Shown: positions 1 to 11,194 of the stretch, one piece after another | How the letters are laid out: every line of letters starts with the position of its first letter | Numbering within the stretch: the stretch's first letter is position 1 | Assembly (NCBI RefSeq): GCF_001194135.2 | Contig: NC_068982.1 | Span: 26,053,687-26,088,080, forward strand | Direction of reading: 5' to 3' | Length of the DNA: 34,394 bases | Origin: Octopus bimaculoides | Taxonomy: Eukaryota | Program-made: the position numbers and the translations under genes | The notes under the pieces: generated by a model | What the model was told of the DNA's origin: nothing | The model's database searches: none | The model's input: only the letters and a program-made list of their open reading frames with translations

Positions 1-153
1 GCGGCTTTTGGAGTAAACTGTTGATAAACTGGCAAAAGTCAATGGTAAACTGTTGCAGTGTCTTTCCCCTCCAAAATTATGAATGTTAAGACTTTGTCAT
101 GCAGGTCCAATGAACGACGACACGCGTACTTATAAAGAGTGAGCGATGGAGAG

Positions 154-156
<3 letters not shown>

Positions 157-210
<54 letters not shown>
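157..210. repeat. (GA)n microsatellite
   Basis: Direct reading. Confidence 0.98.
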
Positions 211-214
<4 letters not shown>

Positions 215-979
215 AACGAAGGGAGAGTGTGAGTAGGAGGAGAAAAAGGGAAGATAACCGACGTGGGATTTGAACACAACATTTGAACTCCGGCATTTCG
301 TTCGATATTCTAACGACTCAACAATCGACACTAAACAAAAATAAATCTATTAACTATGTTAGCATTTAATACTGCTTCTGTCTTCAAATACTTAAACTTC
401 TGACGAAGTAGAGCTGTGATGAAAAACGTTCAAGATGTGATCATTCTGTTTTTAATATATGATATATTCAGGACTATGACAACCTAGATATTCATATTTC
501 CTTCCTCTTATAAGTCTCTAGGGTGAGATTTAAGTGAAATTTGACTTTTTTTTCAGGAGACACTTAATCTTAGATACTCTCTTATTTTTTGTGCACTAAA
601 ATTATCAGCTTAATTTGATTTTTAATAACAAATTCACTAATACATATCAGACTTAAAAAATTGACACCCATTCTATTTTTAGGTCATACACTGACAAATT
701 TATTAGCATTGATTTAAAAGAAAACGGTATGTCTGACATGTATAAGTGAGTATATTTATAGGACACATATTTGTACCTACTCACTCGTCCACGCACACTC
801 ACGTGCACCTGGCTTTATTTATATCTTTAGTTTGTAATAATCCTTTAGGTAATATAGAACACTAAAACGTTGCCGTGAAGAACAGTGGTTGTAAAAGCCG
901 ACATAAACCTAAACAATAAGAGATGTCTTTTAATGAGATAAAGTCGTGAATTAATCTTGATTTATCGTAGTATACTCAC

Positions 980-1015
980 CGTTAGAATTACATTGTTCCT
1001 TTGCTGGAAATCTTC
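980..1015 (-). CDS. Candidate 36-nt symmetric micro-exon of the Ig gene
   Basis: Strong acceptor gctttttctttgcag|GA and strong donor G|GTGAGT. Phase 1 reads xRFPAKEQCNSN without a stop. Confidence 0.35.
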
Positions 1016-1925
1016 CTGCAAAGAAAAAGCGAAAGAGAAAAAATATAAAAAAAAGAAATATTTAAATAGAATTCAGTAAATAGTTAGCTTAAACTCATTA
1101 AATAGGTTTTGTCAATGGTTGGCTTAAACTTGCTTATTTAGATTTAAAACCGTCACCGCTAAATACTTAGTAACATTTTTTTCTAGATTTTTGTTGTTTA
1201 ATTTGCTATTTAATTTTCTATTGCGTAATTTTGTATGGGATGAATTTACAACAATTCTCAAGAAGCAAATGAGTACAGATATTTCACGAGATCTGACTGT
1301 ACCCTTTTCTAATTAACACATGCTAATTTTGTTAATTATCTGTTTATTTATTTATCTATTTTATCTGATTATACTTGTCCTTTTTTCTTTAGCTTTATTT
1401 TACAAATTATAACAGAGTAAGAGTGGTTAGCTGAATCGGCCTAGATAATTGTATATTCATTGTATATTCACCAAATCACAAGAGCTCATATTCAGCCAAT
1501 AGAAGCTTAGCAAGAACCATTAAACTGAGTCATTTAACAAATGCTGTGTTAAGCAGAGGAAGACTACAAACTAACATTGAGGTTTTTTACTCGGGCAGAA
1601 ACGTGATGATGGTGGTGAAGATAATAGGAATAGTGATAATTGAAGTGGCTTTGATGAAAATGATGATGCTGATGATGATTTGGGAGAAAGAAAAGAAAGA
1701 AGAAAGAGATGTTAACTGCAAGGCAAGTCTAAAATCTGACACACAAACAGTTTATAAAGCTGTACAAATTACAAGTGCATTCTTAGTTTGAGGGTTTAAG
1801 ATGCGCGGAAGGAAGATGGATACAGCAAAGACGTGGAATAAAGAAAGAAGAGGAAGATCTAGCTGAGAAATAGTTTAGACACAATAGAGAAGTCGGGATA
1901 GCATTCTTGGGGATATGAATCTCAC

Positions 1926-2000
1926 CGGAACATAGCATGTAGTTGAGAATTCGAAAAAGAAAATCTGCACCATACGAATTCTGACCAGTGACAGGACAAG
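1926..2000 (-). CDS. Candidate symmetric (phase 1-1) exon of the Ig gene
   Basis: Acceptor ttttattttttcag|CT and donor G|GTGAGA. The 75 nt exon reads xCPVTGQNSYGADFLFRILNYMLCS in phase 1. It is open in all three frames, so the frame is uninformative. Confidence 0.3.
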
Positions 2001-2159
2001 CTGAAAAAATAAAATTGTACTTCTCGTAAAGATCACTGCTGATGATGCATAAGGCACAATGAAAAACAACGATAATAACAATAAAAATAGGCACAAAAGA
2101 AAAGAAATAAGCGATAAATAGTAATAATTTAGTAATAATTTTGGTACAAGGCCAATAGC

Positions 2160-2221
<62 letters not shown>
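2160..2221. repeat. (TAA)n microsatellite
   Basis: Direct reading. Confidence 0.98.
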
Positions 2222-2223
<2 letters not shown>

Positions 2224-3569
2224 GGAATAAAGCTGGGTAGCTGAGTAGATGCATGAGTAGATATATGGATGGATGGAAATAAATCTTCTTGGGAAATTAA
2301 AAGATTTCTCAGGATAGAGAAATATTCCTCAAGCAAACTATGTTATTAATTTTATGGGACTGCGGGAAAGTTAACTTTAAGAATCTCTGAATCTGAAAGA
2401 TTCAGTCTTGTACTGTTTTATATAAGGCATCTAGAAAATAGATCGTAACTAGTCTAAGTCCTGAGTGACCCAGATAATAAATGAACCTGAAAGGTCTTAG
2501 GGAATAACCTGAATAGAAAGTGACCCAGATAATAAGAGACCCGGTCACCAGGCGAGTAACATGACCTAGAAAGCGGCCCATGCAGAAAAATTAACACCAA
2601 CAGGAAATTGTTGTTGGCAGGTGTTAGCATTAAGTACGTAGTTTTAATGACGCTTTCAACAATTTCAAATCTTTAGTCATTCTCGGTGAAGAACAATGAG
2701 TTCAACGAGTTTTCTTTTCTTTTCTTTTTTTTTCCTTAACACTTTATCTCTTATGAGATCTCAGCATAAAGACATTTTCAATTGCTATTTTAGCTACCCG
2801 CTTCTTCACTCAACAAGGGAACCGCTATGTGGTTGTTCGGCATGCCAGAAATGACAGCTAAGGTTTTTTCTCAAATCACACCCTATCGCCTTAAAAAAAA
2901 GGAAATAAGGCATTCTTAGATAGTCATTGCTAGAAAAAAGACTGGGTTATCATAGGTTTGCTCGATCAGAACAAGAATTGCTTGTGCAATACTTTCTACC
3001 CTGATTTTACCCAAACTATATTCTTTGTAACTGCATTCTGTGGAACACCCTCCATGTTTATCTTTCCCTTTCAATCACAAATCCACAAAAGTTCAAACAC
3101 CTATAAATCTCTTTTCATTCTCCGGTCGGTATGTCTATGAACGCTATTCCACCGCTTATTACAATGACTTCGAGAAATATATTTGGTATATTTACCAAAA
3201 TAATAAAAATCTCGGGAAAGAGAGATAGCTGCTGCTGACAAGAACTTAATCCACTACGAACCAATGAGCAAACCTTAGCTTGTAAAAATTACGGTCAAAT
3301 CAATACACCGTGATCTTACAAAAAGTACACATTGAACACTGTAGTTCAGAGTACACTATTCTTGAATAATAAGACTGTTTGGTCACGCTTTGAAAACTTT
3401 TGAAAACTTTCCAAACAATAATAAAAAAAAATGTTGACTATCATTTTCTCTTTTAGCAAAATAAGTGGTTTTCAGATATCCTCTATAATGACTTTATTTA
3501 TTGCTCCAGAGTTTTCGTTGAAATTTTATTGACGACTAAGTAGAGAACAGAATTGCAAAACAAAAACAT

Positions 3570-4025
3570 AAACCGTCGGTGCTGCCCAGTCTGAGAGGTC
3601 GATTTTCTTAATTATAGGTAAACTTTCCAGTATTTCCAACTCTTTGTTGACCTGGTCTATCGCCGCAAACGGCACGTTCCGTTTGGGCCTACTTGTATAT
3701 TGTTTGGGTTCACTTGTATGTTCTTGTCGGCACTGTAATATTCTTGCCATCACTATTATGTTGTGGCGGTATTCTGCGTCTTATTATCTTTGTCTCGTCT
3801 ATCATGCAATCGCTGGTAGCTTCGCCAGACAACGACTTTGTAACGTCTACTTTGACGGTAACTCGAACGTAACTGACACTGACACTGACTCCAACTGAGA
3901 ACTCGTACAATGACTCTACTACTTCTGAACCGCGACTCTCTGTGCTGGTTGACGTCGTCTCACTTTATACCAGCTGAATCATACCGCTTGTCCCGTGGGA
4001 GGGGTGTACCATTTTCTCTACAACA
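3570..4025 (-). mobile_element. Second Ty3/gypsy relic: one LTR, degenerate PBS and RT N-terminal fragment
   Basis: On the minus strand, TGTTGTAGAG at 4025 runs through a TATAAA box to TATTACA at 3734 (about 292 bp). Next comes TGCCGACAAGAA (3721-3732, 9/12 match to the other element's PBS). About 30 nt later is PKRNVPFAAIDQVNKELEILESLPIIKKIDLSDWAAPTVY, homologous to the RT start at about 15490-15605. Confidence 0.7.
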
Positions 4026-4052
4026 GTTACCATTCAGAAATCATAGTGTTTA

Positions 4053-4700
4053 ATGGCTTTAAACATTATTGCGTTACTCCTAAGGGGACTATCGCAGAAA
4101 CTAGCTGAGGCTTATTTCGAAGGAAATAGTGTGGCACTCTACTTAGTAAAGACCTTTGATATGGCCATCCATTGCATTATATTAAAAGGGTTTGGCAAGA
4201 AGGCTAGTAGTGTATTTGAAAGATGGGTAAGCAGAAATCAGGTCCCGAGAGTAGTTAATTTACATTAGAATCTTGAGACTTGGTATTCTCCAAGGCAGCT
4301 CTATACATTTTATGTCTCCAGTACAACGACAAAAAAATCACCAATTAGTATTACAGTGCATTGAAGCAGTACATAGGAACTATAAGTGTGAACAAATTCA
4401 CAATTATAGCAGCCTACGAAATAACTGATTGACCAATTCGCGATTAGACCAAGGAAGGACTCGCAACGTCAGACACAGAAAATACAAGTTGTACAAATTT
4501 TAGATCTTTAGATGGCTAAAAGCTGCCTCAAAATGTCTGCTGAATACCATCTACAACATGAGAGAAAAAACACTAAAATTGCAACCACACTCATACCTTT
4601 TGGCTTCACTATAACTAGTTCAGTGCTATAAAAGAAGTCACTCATATTACCACTTATCAAATTCAGAAGGCATATGTAAAATGTAGTCAACTTTATCCAT
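4053..4700 (+). mobile_element. Highly degenerate LINE-type reverse transcriptase fragment
   Basis: ALYLVKTFDMAIH resembles the LDxxKAFDxVxH motif. It is followed by GILQGS (GVPQGS motif) at about 4281-4298 and a YND remnant. Boundaries and clade are uncertain. Confidence 0.45.
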
Positions 4701-4963
4701 AAAATTCAATGAAAACTAAGAAAATTCTTCAACAAAGGAAAACCAGGAAGCAGCAGTAAAATCTTTACTATTTGGTGAATGAAGATGAAATTCGAGGCAA
4801 CCAGTAACAGGAAACAGTCCAAAGAATAATAAATAAATAAATAAAGCCTACAACGATAAAACAAGGGGCAAAATGGCATAACTGAGCTCAGGTTTTATAT
4901 ATATTATGAATGCATATTGCAGACGAATAAAATATTCAAAATAACCGGAAATAACCAACATAC

Positions 4964-5023
4964 GTCGATAATGTCTTGGAACTCCACACAGTGCCCGCTT
5001 ATCTTCCAGAATACGACGACTTT
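4964..5023 (-). CDS. Candidate symmetric (phase 1-1) linker exon of the Ig gene
   Basis: Acceptor ctttcctttgatcaagtatatag|AA and donor C|GTATGT. The 60 nt exon is open in the required phase: ESRRILEDKRALCGVPRHYR, with a single Cys. An in-frame upstream acceptor at 5077 would give 114 nt. There is no transcript support. Confidence 0.4.
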
Positions 5024-5913
5024 CTATATACTTGATCAAAGGAAAGTGCCAGAATGGCATCAACACAAATTCCAATACTAAATGTTTGTTGAAGCAGCAA
5101 TAACGGCAACAATAATAAGGAAATAATTCAGTTAACATTCGAAATGAGTTTTAGTGATGCTTAAATGATCTATATTAATTTAAAATAAGCTGAATAAAAG
5201 AAATGAGAGCACGTCCGATGAGATGATATAAAGTGAAATGCTGAGATATAAGAAATGAACTTATATAAAGATGTAATAGCAAACGAACGGTGATTGCAAT
5301 AGGCATTAATGGAACTGAACCTTATTTTCTAAACAGTCACATATCATAGATTAATAATATTTTGAATAATTTAGGTTCCCTTCTTAAATTACAGTAGCAG
5401 AAATTTACAATATATTAAATAAATGTACTGAAGTACAAAACTGAAAGCTAAAAGGATTAAAATATATTGATGTTTAATCAATCATAATTTAATTTATTAT
5501 CTACATCTCACTAGCTTTGTTGGACTTTTAGGAAAAGTGGGCAAATACTTTTGAGTTTAAATGAACATTCAAATAATAACATAACGATTAAAAATAGAAG
5601 TTAAAATATTTGAAAATGTACTGATTCATCCTTCTCTTCTCAATAAAGTGTAATTGTCTTTCTTTCAGATAACTACATCTATTTTAAGTATTACACCTCC
5701 CAATGAATCGTTTTTAAAATGACCACTTCTCTTGATATGATTAATTCCTGTGAAGGGGACAAACTGGTTATATAACTCAATGAAAGAGTAACATGAATTA
5801 ATTGATAATATTCGGTATTATTATTTGAAAGAAAAACATTAGGTAAATTTAATTCATCAAATACCGGGCTTGATTCAAAGAATTAACAAATTATGCGTAG
5901 TAATATCCGTGTG

Positions 5914-6210
5914 TACATACATACATACATACATACATACATACATGCATACATACATACAAATCGGATATGCAATCTATGCGAGTTCCTTTCCAATACA
6001 TTGTCTGGTTTAAAAAACCACATCAGACGCCATGATGGATCTAAGGTGTAGGTACGAGGGGTGGTCAGACTCTGCTTAAGGAGTAAACAACCACCATATA
6101 TATACATACATACATACATACATACATACATACATACATACATAATACATACATACATATAATGCATCTATCTAGCTATCTATCTATCTATTTATGTATA
6201 TATATATATA
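5914..6210. repeat. Two (TACA)n tracts around a short unique insert, then (TATC)/(TA) running into the gap
   Basis: (TACA)n at about 5914-5961 and about 6103-6158. Confidence 0.9.
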
Positions 6211-6480
6211 NNNNNNNNNNNNNNNNNNNNNNNNNNNNNNNNNNNNNNNNNNNNNNNNNNNNNNNNNNNNNNNNNNNNNNNNNNNNNNNNNNNNNNNNNN
6301 NNNNNNNNNNNNNNNNNNNNNNNNNNNNNNNNNNNNNNNNNNNNNNNNNNNNNNNNNNNNNNNNNNNNNNNNNNNNNNNNNNNNNNNNNNNNNNNNNNNN
6401 NNNNNNNNNNNNNNNNNNNNNNNNNNNNNNNNNNNNNNNNNNNNNNNNNNNNNNNNNNNNNNNNNNNNNNNNNNNNNNNN
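6211..6480. other. Assembly gap (270 N)
   Basis: Run of n. Confidence 1.
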
Positions 6481-7330
6481 CTCTGCAGCCGAAGCGACTC
6501 GAAGCATACACTCAGTTTATGGGAAAGAATGCTTGAATGAAAGAACTTGCAGAAGATGGTTTGCATAATTCAGAAGTGGAGATTTCAGCTTTCAAGATGA
6601 AGATTGAACAGGACATCCAGTTGAGTTTGATAATAAGCTCCTTGGGGCATTACTTGAAGAAAATCCTGCATTATCAGTTGAAGAATTGGCAATAAAGCTT
6701 AGTTCAAACCATGCAACTGTTCATCGTCATCTTCAACAACTTGGAAAGGTTCCTAAACTTGGAAAATGGATGCTTCATGAATTGTCCGAAAGCAACCGCA
6801 AATCCCGAGTTGACATCTGCTCTTGTCTCCATTCCCGCGAACTCATTTCACCCTTTTTGGATAGACTTGTGACTGATGACGAAAAATGGATCTTCTATCG
6901 AAATGTTAAATGTCGTAAACAGTGGCTTGGTAAAAGGGAAAAAGCTCAACTACAGCCAAAAAGGGAACTTCATAGGAAAACGGTTCTTCTCTCTATCTGG
7001 TGGGATTGCAAAAGAGTAATTCCCTTTGAATTGTTACCACCTAATGCAAAAATCAATGCTCAAGTCTTCTGTCAATAATTAGAGCATTTGAACTAAACTT
7101 TGAAGAAAAAAGACCCGCTTTAGTGAATCGAAAAAGAGTGACGTTTCATCAGGACCAATGCGCGACGCCACACTGCAAAGATCACATCACAGAAGATCGA
7201 AGAGCTTGGTTGGGAAAAAATTCCTCATCCACCTTATTCTCCCGACCTTGCTCCTTCAGACTCCCATTTGTTTCGTAGTTTACAGAATCATTTGGGGGAC
7301 ATAACTTTCGCAAGCCAGGAGGAGGTCCGA
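6481..7330 (+). mobile_element. Mariner (DD34D) transposase pseudogene, 5' end lost in the assembly gap
   Basis: SAAEATRSIHSVYG..CRRWF, WMLHEL (WVPHEL motif), TDDEKW, IWWD, FHQD and HPPYSPDLAPSD. In-frame stops (e.g. 6566-6568) and frameshifts. Confidence 0.93.
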
Positions 7331-7954
7331 ATTGCACAAGGAAATAAAACGTAGCGGCAATTATGATTTTCAAAGTGAAGGAGAGATAATTCAAATATAT
7401 CATTTAATAAATTCCTCAAGCTAATTTACGTGCTTAGAGAAATGACAGTCTGATATTCTTTAGCAGTCAAGTAACAACTTTGGACTTGCATTTTTGTTTA
7501 TTTGGCCACGTAATCATTGTATAGTCTACTCAAAGTAACCCATAAAAAATTAAATATCTGCTTTTAGACATAACTAAAATTAAAATATATGAAAGAGGCA
7601 ATGAGATGATAATTAAGTTAAAGGTATTGTATCCATTTCCTAATTTAGTGAAATTCTTTTCTGAGATTGTGAAAGAAACACAAACGTAGCGGTAGGTGTT
7701 AGCGACATTCAATGACAAGGGTAAATATTCTACAAGAAAATGAAAAGTTAATGTCCTAACTTAGAGAAAAGAAATATATTTTCTTTTCAATAAATTGAGA
7801 ATGTATTGTGTGCATCATTCACTTTATCATCATTTGAGTTAATTATGAATATTTATTTCATTGGCACATTTGACTTTCTTCCCTTTGGTTTTTGTATCTA
7901 TACATGTATGTGTATATATTACTTATTTATATATTGTATACTATTATTTTATAT

Positions 7955-8323
7955 GGAGGTGCAACGGCCCAGTGTTTAGGGCGGTCATAGGATCGCGGTT
8001 TTGATTCCCAGACCGGGCGTTGTGAGTGTTTATTGAGCGAAAACACCTAAAGCTCCACGAGGCTCCGGCAGGGGATGGTGGCGAATTCTGCTGTACTTTT
8101 TCATCACAACTTTCTCTTACTTCCTGTTTCTGTTGTGCCTGTAATTCAAAGGGTCAGCCGTGTCACACTGTGTCACGCTGAATATTCCCGAGAACTAGGT
8201 TAAGGGTACACGTGTCTGTGGAGTGCTCAGCCACTTGCACGTTAATTTCACGAGCAGGCTGTTCCGTTGATCGGATCAACTGGAACCCTCGACGTCGTAA
8301 ACGACGGAGTGCCAACAACAACA
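7955..8323 (+). mobile_element. tRNA-derived SINE with 15-bp target-site duplication
   Basis: tRNA-like head (GGAGGTGCAACGGCCCAGTG.., box-B-like GGTTTTGATTCCC) and (AAC)n tail. Flanked by identical ACTATTATTTTATAT at 7940-7954 and 8324-8338. The 3' tail is shared with the SINE at 26950. Confidence 0.85.
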
Positions 8324-8729
8324 ACTATTATTTTATATTATATTATATATGGTGTACATTATAACTAAGTTTGGTAAGTGCTCCTAAAACCTTGAGGCAA
8401 TTAGATATAAAATTTAATATCTACAAATACAGGTTTTGTTGATATCCAATATATTTAACTGTATAACTGTAGATGTATTTACGTAGCTTTGATTTACCAT
8501 ATCTAACACTTTCTGACAATTCACTTATATTTTATTAATATATAGATATACATATACAAAGATGCACATGTATATATCTGTTCTGCAGTCTACGTAAACT
8601 TTTCAATGTCTAATGAATCATTCTGATCTATGGACCCGTCAATATCTCGTCTTAAAATACTTTTATAAAGTCAGTTTCCTTCAGCATGAACAAAAGGGCC
8701 TGCTAAGTTTTTCGTGTTTCAGTACTCAC

Positions 8730-8925
8730 CAGTTTCGACTACAGTTGAATGTGAAATACGATGTGAATCCGTTTCAGCTACGCATTCATATGTTCCAGCT
8801 TTCTCAGGTGTGAAACAGTCAATGAACAGTTGCAGCATCTGTGAACTTTGACGTACCCTAGGTCGCCGGTGAGCGCTGACTTTATCTTCATATCTTTGCT
8901 CATCGACAAGGTTTGAGGAGGCACC
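8730..8925 (-). CDS. Exon encoding the C-terminal half of the same Ig domain (ImpL2/ZIG-like)
   Basis: Acceptor aatttcatttcag|GGT and donor G|GTGAGT. The 196 nt exon (phase 0 to phase 1) joins the 9958 exon in frame: GASSNLVDEQRYEDKVSAHRRPRVRQSSQMLQLFIDCFTPEKAGTYECVAETDSHRISHSTVVET. It carries the Ig GxYxC motif, plus the long insert and LFIDC motif I recall from ImpL2/ZIG first domains. Confidence 0.9.
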
Positions 8926-9649
8926 CTGAAATGAAATTAACATTATAATAATAAGAAATTCTAAAGAAAAAGTTTTAACTGGTTTAGGGAAGAATAGATT
9001 TTATTGAACTCAGTTTATGACTGGTACTGTCTTTATCCACTTACTGAAGTATAAATGACAAAGTTGGCTCCGGTGAAATACCAAATGGTAATAAGTATTA
9101 ATGTTTCTAACATTGGAACAAAGTATAAGATGTTCGGGTGTGAGCTACATTTCGATTAAATCAATTGAATCAACCACCGCCCATTACTTGACTTGTATTT
9201 TAGAAAAACGAAAACATTGATTGCAGCTCAATTAGGGTTGGTCTGGGGGGGTTAAACCATGCCACCGACAACAACTAAAGTCGATTTCAGTAGCCAAAGG
9301 AACTTAGAACCAGAAAAATGGTAATGCTCATTTTAACGCAAGAAGGCTATAACACATATTTTGAGAAGAATCCAATAGGTTATTATTGAAGCACAACATG
9401 ACTGGTACTGTATTTTATTGACATTACATTGATGACCGGTAAAATTGACTTTGTTGGGATTTGAACTTACAGCATGAACGACGTAACGTAAATGAATACA
9501 TCAACGTATCTTAACCACCCCTCTACCGTTTCTGCAAACTTCTTTTCTTTGTGGAATTAATCATAATTATATCTTTAAATGGATGTAAGGTCAAAAATTT
9601 ATAAAGGAAGAATGAAGTTGATTGGAGAGTCTTTTCCAAAGACTTATGT

Positions 9650-9800
9650 ATAGAGAGAGAGAGAGAGGAGGGAGGGAGAGAGAGAGGAGGGAGGGAAAGA
9701 GAGGAGGGAGGGAGAGAGAGGGGGGAGGGAGAGAGAGGAGGGAGGGAGATAGAAAAAAAGATAGATAGGGATAGAAAGTGACAGAAAGAGAGAGGGAGAG
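9650..9800. repeat. Polypurine GA/GGGA low-complexity tract
   Basis: Direct reading; lies in the intron between the two Ig exons. Confidence 0.9.
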
Positions 9801-9957
9801 ATAAATCCATCTCAATACTGGCTTGGTTATGGCTGGAATGTATTTGAATATAGCTGTGTTCGCCCAGGGTTCATTTGACAATAATATATGGAAGGATGAA
9901 TAAGTGAAGACGTTGATAACCCTAGGATTCGAAAATGACCTTGAGGTTTTATCTTAC

Positions 9958-10100
9958 CTGTGGTATTCGCACACCGTTCTTATTCCAGTACATATTGGCG
10001 TGAGGTTTACTGATGATATCACAGCTAAGTGTGAACGACTCTCCTATTGACACTATTTTCTGCTCTTCAGGAGTTGATGAAAAATGTAACTTCCCGGCGA
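9958..10100 (-). CDS. Exon encoding the N-terminal half of an Ig domain of an ImpL2/ZIG-like protein
   Basis: Minus strand has acceptor ttttatttcattttag|TC and donor CAG|GTAAGA. The 143 nt exon (phase 1 to phase 0) is open: xAGKLHFSSTPEEQKIVSIGESFTLSCDIISKPHANMYWNKNGVRIPQ, containing the Ig strand-B Cys and strand-C Trp (WxKNG). It is too short for the ORF track and was read by hand. Confidence 0.9.
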
Positions 10101-10344
10101 CTAAAATGAAATAAAACGAAAAGAAATAAATATTAGTAAATACAACTGGCAGAGAGGCATATATGCTTGCTCAAACTTTGCAAGATCACATATTTCAGTT
10201 AAGATCATAATAAATTATACAATTGCAAGCAGAATTCAGGTCAAAGAGTTATCATTCTACATCTTAGCCTCAGAAATGCGATGCTCATCGACATTTAACT
10301 TTCGATAAGATAGTTCATATCGATGAAATATTTATAATGACTGT

Positions 10345-10350
10345 CCAAGT

Positions 10351-10382
<32 letters not shown>

Positions 10383-10450
10383 TGTATGTATGCATTTATG
10401 TATGTATGCATGTATGTATGTGTATGTATGTGTGTATGTATATGTGTATA
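10345..10450. repeat. Imperfect (TATG)n microsatellite
   Basis: Direct reading. Confidence 0.95.
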
Positions 10451-10475
10451 TATGTGTGCACGTGTGGTGTATTTA

Positions 10476-11151
10476 CGAGGGGGCACCCAAAAGTAACCGA
10501 GAACGTTCCCTGTGAGTCAAACCCGTTGTATTTCAGACTTCTGCTGCTAGAAGCAACTTGGTGCAACCCTCAAGCATTAGTATGCCGACCGGCGTCGTCG
10601 AGTTGAGTTGTACTGCCACGTGGTGTGTCTTTGTTTTGCAGCGCTTCTCCCTGTCTGTCGATTTTTGCGATGGCTTAAACGAAGGAACAACGTGCTTCCG
10701 AGAAATTCTGTTTTATGCTGGAGAAAACGGCGGCCGAAACAATTGTCATGCTTCATACAGTTCGCTTGAAAAGCAACCTCCTTCAGGACGACCGTCGATC
10801 TCCCGAACGAAAGAAAATATCATGAAAATTCATGAACTGATCTTGGAAGACCGTCACCGAAGTTGATCCGGACCTTTTTTCGAAGTTTATCACTGTCGAC
10901 GATAGCTGGTGCTTTGGAATTTGAAGATGTGGATGAAGTGAAAAAAAAAAAAAAAAAAAAACGACGGAGGCGTTAAAAGGCATCACTTGGCAAGAGTTTC
11001 AGCTCTGCTTCGAATAGTGAAAAACGCGCATGGACCGATGCATCACTTCAAATGGAAAATAATTTAAAGGCGATTAAAGAGTAAACTTGCAAAACTAAGT
11101 GAATAAAATAATATTGCAAAATTTCCGTTTCTTTTGGGTACCCCCAGCCCG
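10476..11151 (+). mobile_element. Internally deleted non-autonomous mariner with both TIRs and TA flanks
   Basis: Left end TA|CGAGGGGGCACCCAAAAGTAACCG and right end CCGTTTCTTTTGGGTACCCCCAGCCCG|TA are imperfect inverted repeats. Transposase pieces: MA*TKEQRASEKFCFMLEKTAAET (ATG at 10670), SGRPSISRT..IHELILEDR, DPDLFSKFITVDDSWCF, and EDVDEVKK..TTEALKG..RMDRCI. Confidence 0.88.
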
Positions 11152-11194
11152 TATATATGTGGTGCTGTCGTTCTTGCGATTTGATCTCGAATTG

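Noticed and set aside
39-331. ORFs with LSLSLS runs
   Set aside because: Translation of the (GA)n microsatellite. The same applies to the ORFs at 1875-2336, 9523-9881, 10295-10606, 12660-12883, 22156-22338, 24021-24449, 27420-27692, 28491-28718 and 29117-29562.
1-979. Search for the second Ig domain exon
   Set aside because: No acceptor followed by an Ig-like C..W peptide was found on the minus strand here or elsewhere below 8730; it probably lies outside the window.
2038-2066. Other CTGA(N)GA..GAAA matches (also near 400 and 34345)
   Set aside because: They lack a stem II adjacent to GAAA and lack stem I/III pairing, so they are not hammerheads.
2465-2535. 16-bp direct repeat GTGACCCAGATAATAA, 55 bp apart
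   Set aside because: Only two units with no leader or cas context. It is a local duplication, not a CRISPR array.
6053-6066. TACGAGGGGTGGTC resembling a mariner left end before the gap
   Set aside because: Similarity to the 10474 TIR stops after about 9 nt, and microsatellites separate it from the transposase.
6162-6568. Long ORFs containing X runs (also 19055-19456 and 28141-28377)
   Set aside because: Artefacts of reading through assembly gaps; only the mariner peptide after 6481 is meaningful.
7530-7663. Minus-strand acceptor giving an in-frame hydrophobic tail (EKNFTKLG..LIIISLPLSYILILVM..) as a possible membrane-anchored isoform
   Set aside because: AT-rich DNA yields I/L/F/Y-rich peptides by chance; there is no family precedent or other support.
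7955-8020. tRNA-like sequences at SINE heads (also 27349 and 12820-12882)
   Set aside because: No complete cloverleaf; they are continuous with SINE bodies, so they are not tRNA genes.
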